From positions 11,346,001 through 11,410,000 of the forward strand of contig NC_135665.1 of NCBI RefSeq assembly GCF_964188315.1: a stretch of 64,000 bases of DNA, read 5' to 3'. The translations under genes and the position numbers were made by a program. This document shows, one piece after another, positions 1 to 11,600 of the stretch. This stretch comes from Podarcis muralis. Taxonomy: Eukaryota. The stretch's first letter is position 1. Every line of letters starts with the position of its first letter. The notes under the pieces are model-generated. The model was given only the letters and a program-made list of their open reading frames with translations, searched no databases and was not told the DNA's origin.

Positions 1-159
1 TAAAGCAAGAGACTTGATGTTCGTTCAAAAAGCACATTCTGCAAGGTTAAAATTCAAGGACAGGACTGGGGAACACTGATTTCTCCTGGCCTATACCTGT
101 GGCCAGTTGCCAGGCAGTGCCTTAGTGCCAGGTAACTGATAGGCGGTGCTGGAAGCTGT

Positions 160-292
160 GAGATAGCTCAGTCAGTAGAGCATGAGGCTCTTAATCTCCA
201 AGCTGTGGGTTCAAGCCCCAAATTGGGCAAAAGATTCCTGCATTGCAGAGGTTTGGACTAGATGATCCTAGCGGTCCCTTGCAACTCTACGC
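160..292 (+). mobile_element. tRNA-Lys-derived SINE with a CR1-type 3' tail
   Basis: agctcagtcagtagagcatgaggctcttaatctc (tRNA-Lys head) followed by ggactagatgatcc..ggtccctt.caactct (CR1 tail). Confidence 0.75.
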
Positions 293-344
293 AACTTGGT
301 GGTTATACCAAGCAGGGTCACTAGCAAGGGCATTTGGCTAACTA

Positions 345-570
345 CAGTGGTACCTCGGGTTACATACGCTTCAGGTTACAAACTCTGCTAACCCAGAAAT
401 AGTACCTCAGGTTAAGTACTTTGCTTCAGGATGAGAACAGAAATCGTGCTCTGGCAGCGCAGCAGCAGCAGGAGGCCCCTTTAGCTAAAGTGGTGCTTCA
501 GGTTAAGAACAGTTTCAGGTTAAGAACGGACCTCCGGAACGAATTAAGTACTTAACCCGAGGTACCACTG
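345..570 (+). mobile_element. Tc1/mariner (Tigger-like) MITE, family 1
   Basis: TIRs cagtggtacctcgggtt / aacccgaggtaccactg, TA TSD. Confidence 0.9.
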
Positions 571-1857
571 TATTTGTAGGACCAGCTTTAATTCCCCTAA
601 AACTCAAAGCCTGGATACGTCATTTAACAAAACCTGCTACCATAAAATGTGTCAGCCGGCTTCATATCCTGTGACCCAACTGTGACAAGTGTATGGCGGA
701 ACACTTGAAAGCAGCACATTATTACTACTTGAAACAATAGTGGAAACTTATTTTGAGGGTTGGCGGTAGTGTTACACAATAGCAGTGGGCAAAGATGTCC
801 AGCAAGCCTGGTTAACGGAAATTGCAATTTATCCCATTTATCTGGGAGTAAGCTCTATGAAAGTTCTTGAGACTTCCTTCCAATTAGATATGTACAGGAG
901 TGTGATGTGAAGAACTTTCTCTGTTGAATTTGACCTGGCTCATACTACTGTTTGGTCTGCAACAGCGCGGCCATTGCCTTTCGCTGATCATGAAAGCAAT
1001 TGTTTCCATCCCGGTTTGATTTGTGTTGTTAGATCTTGGCTTTCTAACAGGAGAAGTGGATAACTGCAAGTGTTTACCACAAATGTATGTGGAATATTGC
1101 TAGTACAACAAAAGGCACAATTTAAAACTAGATGTGGGGGGGCACAGACCACTTCTCAGGGAGAGCTCTAGGCTTGGCATGTGTGTCCAGCTGCCTTGGC
1201 ACGTTCATTCATAACAAGGAACGATAATCACTGGCGTTATCCTGCAAAAGTAGGCAGCGCCGTTGGGAGTATACAAGCTGCCATCTGCCCTGTAACAATT
1301 CTGTCGAAATGCTGACCCCATTTCAGCTAATGAAACATTAAATCACAATCAAACAGCAAACCTTTCTCACTTTCACCAAGCGTCGTGATCCAAACCAGTT
1401 TGTTTGCTCGGCAAAAATGCTCGTGCCCAATATATATATTTTTCCTGTTTCTCCTTTTGACATCTGTATAAGAAGAAGTTTGAGTGGGTGGGGATGCTTG
1501 TGAAAGGGAAATGTAAACAATGTTGAGCATTCAGATCTGGTATGCACTTATCTCTGTCATATGACGCAAGTTTAACTTGATGAGTATTTGTGTTTAAAGG
1601 TGAAAGTAGGTGTTTTTTGGTTTGGTTTTGTTCTTTTAAGGTATTTTGCGACAGTGGAAGACTTCTTAGGCTTTGGTTTTGGTTGCTATATATTTTAGCT
1701 CAGAGATGGGAAACCTGTAGCAGCCTCCTAGACATTGGACCACAGCTCCCATCTTCGGTTACCAGTGGTTACTGGATGGACTTAATGGAAGTTGGAGTTC
1801 ACTACAGTCAGGTGGTCCCTATTTTACCATTAGTTTCACAGGAAAGTGAGGTGACCG

Positions 1858-2083
1858 GTAGGACTGGGCAATATATCAATACATCACCCAAAACTGCTTT
1901 GAAGCCCGCATCGCCACATCGGTTTTGCAATTTTTGACCTGGCAATATATTGTGAATCATGGTGTGTATATGCGTGTGTGTTGTGCAAAAATCACAATGT
2001 GGGAAAAGCCGCGAAGCCAGTACGTTGTGATGTTTAGCTGGTGGTGCATCACAATGTTGAAAGCCAGATATCACCTAGCCCTA
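1858..2083. mobile_element. Non-autonomous DNA element with TAGG(G)-type termini
   Basis: taggactgggcaatatatc ... gatatcacctagcccta imperfect TIRs. Confidence 0.6.
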
Positions 2084-2614
2084 CTGACCAGCCAATGTAG
2101 GTGTTAGAATTGCCCCAATGAAACTGTATTTGCACAAATGAATTCTCTGGGAAAGTCGCAACTATTTGTTTCTATAGCACTCCTTGGGGGAAATTGATTC
2201 TGTGTACAAACACAGAGGGCTGAAAGCCTTCAGCCACCTGCTTTGCAGTCGGCATTAACAATATTTTAATTGATGCTATGCAGTCGTGAAATTTAATTTA
2301 CTATAGCCCATTGCCGAAGCACAAGAGACCCAGTATTCATGGCCTGTTTAACAGGCTGAGACAAAAGTCAGGGCTGTGGAGTTTATAAACAACACATTAC
2401 CAAACCTCATATATTCATTCTTTTCCTTTTGATGGTGGAGATAGATGAGTCTAATAGCAACACACTGTTATATATATATTGTTCAAGTCAGTCGCAAAAC
2501 AACAGATAGGAAGCAGTGTTCTTCAAAGCAGCGAAGAGACTGCTGTGCTGCCAAATGTCAAAGGGCTCTTCCATCGTAAGCTGTTTCCAGTTCTCAGCCA
2601 CCACTTCCTGCTTC

Positions 2615-2644
2615 TCATACTGCGCCTTTCCGATTGCAGCTTTC
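2615..2644 (-). CDS. SEMA4D: SEMA4D alternative terminal exon D coding part (ESCNRKGAV*)
   Basis: cattcttatttag|GAAAGCTGC...TGA; phase 0 fits exon C. Confidence 0.8.
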   Translation of the reverse strand, partial: ESCNRKGAV

Positions 2645-5600
2645 CTAAATAAGAATGAATCGGGACAGAGAAAAAGCATTTTAATTCTCCCGTGCCACTA
2701 GTCTACATCAAACTTCGCTTTCTATGAACTTAGTAGTTAAATTACGAATCTCATTTTCCACTGATAATCGAGCTATCAACTGTATAATCAAGACTTTGCA
2801 CGTTCTCCATAATTTGCACTGCACTGTAATACCTTATTCAGCCTCATCGCTGTTTTCCAGTAAATTTCAGCCCAGCAGAACTGACGAAAACTGTCAGCAG
2901 TTCTGTTAATTCTGCTCAGAAAAGAGAGGCGTGGTGGAAAGAACAACTGAAGATTGGTATCTCACTGCTGTGTGCAAAGCAATAAAGCGCAGCTTAGGAA
3001 ATCTAAAATTTATCTTAAAAGGACGTCCATGAGAAAGTACAGATCCTCAATAAACTTTTCTGGGAAAGGTCTATCTTCCATAAAGCAGGGAAATTTGGAC
3101 TGGCTGCAGGCTTCAGTGCTTACCGTCTCATAAGCCTGGGGTATGGGGCCTTCCTGTTCAAGCATGGAGCAAGGCTCTAGCTGTGTTCTGAACTATGCAA
3201 TTTGTGAGAAGTAACAGTATGCCTTGAGGGGGCTGGTGCAGATGCCAGCTTCCTTTCTTGGGACTGCCTTGGTGTGTGTGATGCTTTTGGTCAAGAACAC
3301 CAGAGGCATGTAAGATCAGGCAGGAAGACTAGTGGGGAGCATTGCTTTAGCAGCTGTATGTGTCACTCTGATGGGTCTCGCATCTCAGCATGGCTGTGTA
3401 AGCAACCCCCCCCCCCATCATCTTTGATGTGTAATGAGCATATGACTCTAGCTATCGGAATCAAATGTGGCGATAAGAGGAAAGGGGGAAGTTGGTCTGC
3501 CAGGCTGCAACAAACCACTACCAAGAGATATGCTGGGTTTGATAGTCGCTGCGATCTCCAAACCATTGTGGGGCGCATGTGCGTGCATATTAACACTTTA
3601 TAGTCAGAGTGCAAAAATGCCAAGGATTTCTTCTCTTGGCCAGGTAACAGACCTCAAATGCAAAGCACCAAATTTCTCCAAACTGAGCAGCAAAATGTGG
3701 GTACGTGTTTGCCTGTTTCATACCACCTACCCAAGTTTTTTTCCAGCTCTCCATCCTTCTGTCATGCTCGCTGACGACGCTTCTCCAGTTAGCAAATTCC
3801 TTTGACCAGGTATCCTGGTAGCTGCTGCCTGCAAACAGTAAGCAATTAAATGACAAAGCTGGCACCTGTTAAGAATTCAAGCACTGGTTTCTTTAAAAAG
3901 ATCATTTCAAAGTGCCATAACTGGGACTTCCCTCCTAAACATTTGACCTTTTCCAATACTTAGCATACCCGAGTAGCAATTGTGAAAACCAAAACTTTCG
4001 TTCAGCACGGCAACATTTCAGGGAACGCACAAACAGGCACATAGCCCACCCCTGCAAATGGCAGTCACCTCTTGTGCAGCTTGCAAAACCTAAGAAGATG
4101 AATATGAGTTTCACATATAGAATGGATTGGGTGATAGTAAGAGCACATATATGGGACGCGGGTGGCACTGGGTTAAACCACAGAGCCTAGGGCTTGCCGA
4201 TCAGAAGGTCGGCGGTTCAAATCCCCGCAACGGGGTGAGCTCCCGTTGCTCAGTCCCTGCTCCTGCCAACCTAGCAGTTTGAAAGCACATCAAAGTGTAA
4301 GTAGATAAATAGGTACCCCTTTGGTGGGAAGGTAAACGGCGTTTTCGTGCGCTGCTCTGGTTTGCCAGAAGCGGCTTAGTCATGCTGGCCACATGACCCA
4401 GAAGCTGTACGCCTGCCCCCTCGGCCAATAAAGTGAGATGAGCACCACAACCTCAGAGTTGGTCTGGTGTCCCTTTACCCTCAAGAGCGTATATGCGTGG
4501 ACCAGTGTGTTTGCTTCTATTAAACTGCCCAGCATTAGGATTCCAGCTTTTCCCACAGTTCACAACCTCTGCTGCCTTCTATTGTGACTACAACCAATGA
4601 TTTGTGACAAAATGAGTCTGTGTTTTTAAGTGCCACTAACTTGTATCTCACAAAAGGGAGTGAATCAAAATAAAGAGGGATTCTTGCGCCTCTCTGGGTT
4701 AATGCCGCCTTTGTAGGTGACACCAGATCTGAAGTTCTGCCTGCTTAAATTTCCCAAAACACGTCACTCCTCGACGTCGCACCATTACCTTCAACAGTGA
4801 TGTAGGATATGGAGGTTTTGGTTCCAGCTTTGGAGATCACACGGCAGCAGTATTCCGAATCTTGCACTATAGCATCTTTCACCCAGCTTAGAAGATGCCG
4901 TCTTCCATCAGCCAGAGCCTGGGTCTGCTGGCTCACACACGCTTCCATTTTCTGCCCATTTTTCCCCCAAACAAAATATGCATCTCTGGGCCCTGTGGAA
5001 AATTGCAGTTGGCTAATTATTATGACAGATGGCACACGAAGTCCTTTTAAAGCAGGCATTGGGAACTGCAGGTGACGAGGCCTCACCTGGACTCCTCGTT
5101 TGGTCCATGAGGCCATTTTCTCCCAGACACACCCACCTACCATTCACCTGATGTCACATGATATACTACTACTACTGTCAGGGAACTGCCATCGGAGCTA
5201 GAGGCGGAGGGAAGGCTCCAGAGGGATGCTGGAGAGGGTCCCAGTAGGGAGAGAGGCAGCCCATCTACAGGGGAAGGAAATCAGCGTAACACCAGTGGAG
5301 AAGGGGGGCAGATGGGGGAATCGGAGAGGAGGCTCCAGGACTCTTCACCAGAGACCAGCGGAGAGAGTACGGGTACTCCGCTGCCCACACCCTCCCTGCG
5401 CAGGAGACTTCTGTGCAGGGAGAGTAGGAGGAGACTTGGCGTCAAAGAACTTTTATGCTGGAAAAGGTTCAAGAAACGCCCACTGACGGATTCTGCCAGC
5501 GACTGAGACAGCCACGAAGCTTGAGGCTGTCCAGACAGAAAGGGTTCAACCAGGTAACCTAGCCAGGAGTGGCGGCAACTTACACACGAGCAACCCCTAG

Positions 5601-8600
5601 AACCATTACAACTACTAATTAAATTTATATACCTCCCTATACCCAGGGGTCTCAGGGTGGTTCATAAAATAAAATCCATATATAAAACAACAAAATACGT
5701 AATAAAAATAGAAACAACAACCCAATAGCCCCCCCCCAAAAAAAAACACATTTTAAAAGGGCATAGGATGTCAACCAAAGGCCTGGTTAAAAAGGAACGT
5801 TCCCTGGGGAGAGCATTCAACAGACGGGGAGCCACTGCAGAGAAGGCCCTTTTTCATGTTGCCACCCTCCGGACCTCTAGAGAAGGCACACGAAGAAGGG
5901 CCTCAGAAGATGATCTCAGGGTCCAGGTAGGTTCATAAGGAAAGAGGCAGTTCTTGAGGTATTGCGGTCCTGAGCCATTTAAGGCCTTATAGGTCAAAAC
6001 CAGCACTTTGAATCGGGCCCAGAAACTAATTGGTAGCCAGTGCAGTCGGACCAGGATCAGTGTAATATGCTCAAACCGTCTTGCTCCGGTGAGCAACCTG
6101 GATGCTGAATTCTGCACTGGCTGAAGTTTCCGAACCGTCTTCAGAGGCAGCCCTTTGCAGTAATCTGACCATGAGGTCACCAGAGCATAGTCAACAGTAC
6201 TTAGGCTATCCCTGTCCAGTTAGGGGTGTAGCTGGGCCACCAGCCGAAGCTGATGGAAAGCACTCCGGGCTAATAATAATAATATAACAACTACTACTTT
6301 ATTATTTGTGCCCCACCCATCTGACTGGGTTGCTCCAGCCACTCTGGGCGGCTTCCAACACATACAAAAAGATAATAAAACATTGAACATTAAAAACTTC
6401 CCAATACAGGGTTGCCTCCAGATGTTTTCTAAAAGTTGTATAGTTCTTTATACATCTGATGGCAGGGCATTCCACAGGGTGGGCGCCACCACTAAGAAGG
6501 CCCTCTGCCTGGTTCCCTGTAACCTCACTTCTCGCAGTGAGGGAACCACCAGAAGGCCCTCGGCGCTGGACCTCAGTGTCTGGGCTGAACGATGGGGGTG
6601 GAGACGCTCCTTCAGGTATATATAGGCGCAAAGGAACAATGCTGACCCTTGGAGCACACTCCTGTTCGTTCTTTTGCAAGCATAGCTTGTGTTCACTGTC
6701 TTTTTCAACAGCTGTGGAACTTTTCCAACTCTCCCTAGGAAATGGAAATGGAAGCGTTTTGCACTTTAGCAAAAACACCCTTTTTTGAACCTGGAAACTC
6801 ATCTCTTTCTTCCTTTATAATGAGATGCAACACTTCTCCCTTCAAAGCACTGGTCTCTTTTCATGCACTCCTCTTTCATGTGATGCTTTTGGTCCAGCTT
6901 GTAAACATACTATCACGTTGCTGTGGCTAGCTATCCTTTTATTTGAGCCCTTTAACTGAGACCATGGCAAGGCCCATTCCGCAGGAGGAGAGCTGCCATG
7001 CTTGTGTCAATGAAGCACACTGCACAGATACATAGCAGAATGCCCTGACAACTTGGGAGTCACATGACTGCGTGTGATTCAAGTGTTGTCCGCCAACACA
7101 ATCTATGGCATTTGCAAGAAATCATGGAGAGAACTTCTCAGATCACATGACATGGAGCAGCAAAGTATCCGGAAGTGCTTTGAACACATAGGCCAAAGTA
7201 CTCTGTAAACTCCTGCCTAATTGCCCGTTTATAGCAGTAGGTGGAACAGGAAGCTATTGGGGAGATGTGTGCATATACAAGCAGAGGGTTAATACAATCT
7301 GCAGATTGGGGTGGGGGGAAGGGGGAAGAATATGAAGAAGATGCTGGACCAAATCCACCGCTCTGCAATTCTAAAGACACTATTATCTCAATATTATTTC
7401 CAAAACGTCAGTCTTCTTGGAAGCCGGTCAAAACGTATAATTCACACAACTCATTTTCCAAGCAGGCTACCCAAAAGAAACAATCTGTTCCGATATAGCC
7501 TGCAGATAACTTCGGCAACCTACAATCTTTTTGGTGGCTTCCCAATCGTGGACAGGCAATCTGGGGGGTGAGAGAGTAAGTGCTAGCTGCGCTGCTTTGC
7601 TCCTTTTCCCGTGATTGTCATTTCAACCTCAGTTATGACCTCAGTAATTGTAATCCACAATTAAACCGGCAGCCCCCGTTTGGATCGCAAGGGTCTCTAC
7701 AGTCTGTCAAGGAAACAAACAAAACATTTTGAATACTTACGTTCCACTTTATCTCCTCCTCCTGGATGCTTGAAGGATCAAAGAAGTCAAAAGTTATAGG
7801 GTGTGTCAATTAAAAGGCACACAAAATAATTAGTACATTGGGATCGATAAGAAGGTATTGAGAAGAATATATGCTGTCAGAATTTTATTTTTTGAAAGTA
7901 CAGGAATGCACAAAAGGAAAGGAAGAAATAACCTATCTGGAACTCGGAGACTTTGTAAGTGTGTTTTCCAGAGTTTTGCAGGACAGGCACCTTCTCTATA
8001 AAAAAGGCCGGCCTATAGCTATTTCCACATGGAATCAGTATCTGACCCAGGAGACAGCTGCCTCAGTGTAAAATTCTATGCAGCTCTGGTGAAAAACAAA
8101 GAATTCAAGTGAGTTTGGCCACTTGGTGACTCACTACTAAGAGCTTTCTATCAGGGTTCTGAGTCCATCTTCCACAATATTGTCTACACTGACTGATGGT
8201 GGCTCCCTGGGATTTCGGACACGTTGCCTCTCTCTGCCCAAGGACTGAACTTGGGAGCTTTTGCATGCAAAGAAGATGCTCTACAGCGGAACGACAACTC
8301 TTCCTCAGGCATAGCCCCCATAAGGAACCCCCACACAGATGCAATTTGGATTTGCAAACCTGCGCACAAGATTAAATCCCATTGGTCACAATGGGACATA
8401 CCGCTGAGTAGATTTGTATAGGATTATGTTACATTTCTTCCATTCGCTCAAGGCTCTTAATGCAATTATATTTTGCAAGTACACAGCCCCCTACTTATCA
8501 GATTTATCATCCTGTTTGCTATTATTCACACAGCGCCATCAACGTAATTGGCATTTCACAAAGCCTCCTAAGTGGGGGAAAGGGGTAGCTGACATGATTC

Positions 8601-11600
8601 ACTCCCTGCCTCCCTTGGTTGAACACTACTTGAGTGTCTGTGCTGTTAAGGCACATTGGGGAAAGGTTCCTCCTCCCTAGGGGTAAACCCTAGGTGCAGG
8701 TGGTGCTGTGGTCTAAACCACTGAGCCTCTTGGGCTTGCCAATCAGAAGGTTGGCGGTTGGAATCTGCACAATGGGGTGAGCTCCTATTGTCTGTCCCAG
8801 CTTCTGCCAACCTAACAGTTCTAAAGCACACCAGTGCAAGTAGATAAATAGGTGGCAGGAAGGTAAACGGCATTTCCATGCGCTCTGGTTTCTGTCATGG
8901 TGTCCCATTGTGCCAGAAGCTACTGTTAGATCCATCTTGAGACCGCTGCCATGGATACCAGCAGCCTTCAAGCAAGCAAACTTGCCTTATTATCGCTCCC
9001 TAGCATCCCACTGCCAGAGGATTGCCTCCTTCCATTCACCACTTTGTCTCCTCCAAGCGGAAGAAACCGGGGCAGTGCTGAATATCACATCCATTGCCAG
9101 GTGTGTCCTGCTGGAAATAAAAAAGGGCTTTCCCCTTGGCCTGCCTTTATATCCACTCAGCTTCCAAGTGCTTTTGTGACATCACAAGAAACCCACAGCC
9201 AATGGCAACAGCTGGGGAGGCATCATCTTCATTGCTTTGAGCCTCACAATGGCAAGAGGACCTATCAGTGATTGTGTGCTTGTTTATTAAGGAAGTGGGT
9301 GGAGCTCTGGTCTAAAGCACTGAGCCTCTTGGGCTTCCCAATCAGAAGGTTGGCGGTTTGAATCAGTGTGACGGGGTGAGCTCGCTTTGCTCTGTCCCAG
9401 CTCCTGCCAACCTAGCAGTCTGAAAGTACGCCAGTGCAAGTAGATAAATAGATGCCGCTGTGGCAGGAAGGTAAATGGTGTTTCCGTGCACTCTGGTTTC
9501 TGTCACGGTGTCCCATTGTGCCAAAAGCAGTTTAGTCATGCTGGTCACATGACCTGGAAAGCTGTCTGCAGACAAATGCTGGCTCCCTCGGCCTGAAAGA
9601 GAGATGAGCGCCGCAACCCCATAGTCCCCTTGGACTTGAGAGCACACCTTGCTGGCATTACAGGACAGACGTTCCTTTCTCTGCAAGAGTAACAACCCTG
9701 GGAAATCAGACTTCTAAAACACATGTGGAGCCTACAAAAGTGTTCACCCTCCAACCACTGGAGGGGTCAGGTAAGAGCACTCCTCTCCTCTCTCTCTTCC
9801 ACTTGATGCTAATTGTGTGGTGAAGGCAGCACAAAAAAAACAGCCTCTCTGTGGCAGACGCTCTCTGTTGGGCCTGTGATGTTTGAAAGTATTCACCAGG
9901 TGACTCACCCACCCCTGTACACAGTTCCAGGCACATCTGGTATTGCTATGTTTCATCTTGTAACATGATGCAGGTGAGCACTTTAGGATGTTCCAGGCCA
10001 GGTCAGAATGCCAGTTCCAGGAAAAGATGTCTTTAGTGGCATCTCTGTTGTACCTATTTTCTCCCTCCACCCCACATCACCCCCTTTAAAGGAACACTAT
10101 TAAAACCAGCCCCATTGTTGCAGGGCATGGCACTTTCTCTAGCTGAAGCTCTGGCAATATGGCTGGGGGAGGAGAAAGAGACTCAGGCTAAGGAGACTTG
10201 TGTACAGTCGTTCCAGCTCTGTTCTGGAAGTCCGTTCAACTTCCAAAATGTTCGGAAACCAAAGCACGGCTTCTGATTGGCTGCAGGAAGCTCCAGAAGC
10301 CAACCGGAAGCTGCAGGGGCCCCACTGGACATTCATCTTCCAAAAATAGTTCAGAAACCGGAACAGTCACTTCTGGGTTTGCGGTTTTGGGAGCCAAAAC
10401 ATTCTGGAACTAAGCTGTTCAGAAACCAAGGTACAATTGTACTTGTGGCTGCTGCCACAAGTCCTTTGTGTGCCACAGCTCACCAACTAGACAAGAGACC
10501 TGCCAAGTAGATTCTCTCCCCCAGACCCATTTGCCACCTTCATGCGACTGCAAAACATTCCTTTGGAGGTGCTGAGGAAAGCACACTCTAGCAAGCTAAC
10601 CTACATGGTGAACCAGTGGACATTAATTTCTTGGGAGTCGCCACCAAAGCCCAGTAGCCTCCGCCACTGCACAGCACAAAGCTGTCCTTAGAAGAGAGAA
10701 CCAATTCACACAACCAAGTTCCCCCCCCAGGTGGTGAATTTCCTCCCACCTGCTGCTGCTAGGCTGACTTGGATTTTGGAAGCCTCAGAAATGTCAAGGT
10801 TCATGGAGAACTTTGAATTCCATGTGGATCCAAGTCTAGGGAGACTGAAAAATAAATTAATGAATGACTGCGTGTTGGGGTAACTGGTTAAACCTGTGTA
10901 TTGTTCCAGGAATCCAAGAAGGCTTGCGGAATACTGAATGCTTGAAGATTATCTACTTCCTGCTACTATTGGGTAATAGTCAATATCAGTTGTACCCACA
11001 GCAGACCTGTTGAAAACAATGCCCTTAATTTCAAATATTTTCAGAGGGTCTACTCTGAGTTTAACTAACGGTATTTATTATTATGATTCATATAAAAAGC
11101 TTCCTTGGGTTAGTAATAACACTGGACTCAGCAGAAGTGCAGATGAATGAGCCTTCTGCTGTAAAACTCCATGTTTCCAGAAAGTAACTCCTCTTGCCAA
11201 AACAAACCCAGCTAAGGTAATATCAAATCACCTAACGAAAGCTTTTCAAGTCAGAATAAACCAAGAGGCGGCCAACGCCATCCTTCAAATTAATTTACTG
11301 CCTGTCCTATTTCTGGAGCTAATCTTAGATGAGGTCTCCCTGAAGGTCGCTGAAAATGAGATTATCAAGGATGGAAATCAAGTAGAGAGATGTGAGTAGC
11401 GGCGAAGTACGACTGCCAGGTAAGCTGCCAGGAAGAATAAAGAGCTTAGAGAATTGCTGTTGGGCTGCGGAAATCTTCAATTGGGTACCAATTCAGTGAC
11501 ATTAGCTGTGATCACCATTCTGGTGGCACACAAAGGAACATAGGGGCCAGACCAATGGTCCACAGAGCTCAGCGTTGTCTAAAATGACCGTCAGCGGCTA

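Noticed and set aside
160-240. tRNA-Lys-like sequence
   Set aside because: Degenerate stems and a CR1-type tail show it is a SINE head, not a tRNA gene.
1-2600. Expected tail-to-tail neighbour SECISBP2 (human synteny, from memory)
   Set aside because: No SECISBP2-like coding sequence found in any frame; it probably lies outside the window.
5854-6802. ORFs with [17 protein letters not shown] motifs (also 12258, 26975, 50407, 54479)
   Set aside because: L2 LINE ORF2 C-terminal remnants, not host genes.
7138-7760. ORFs 7241 and 7311 and minus-strand micro-exon candidates (7740-7767, 7640-7703)
   Set aside because: The implied introns are 37-65 nt, too short, and the peptides are not recognisable.
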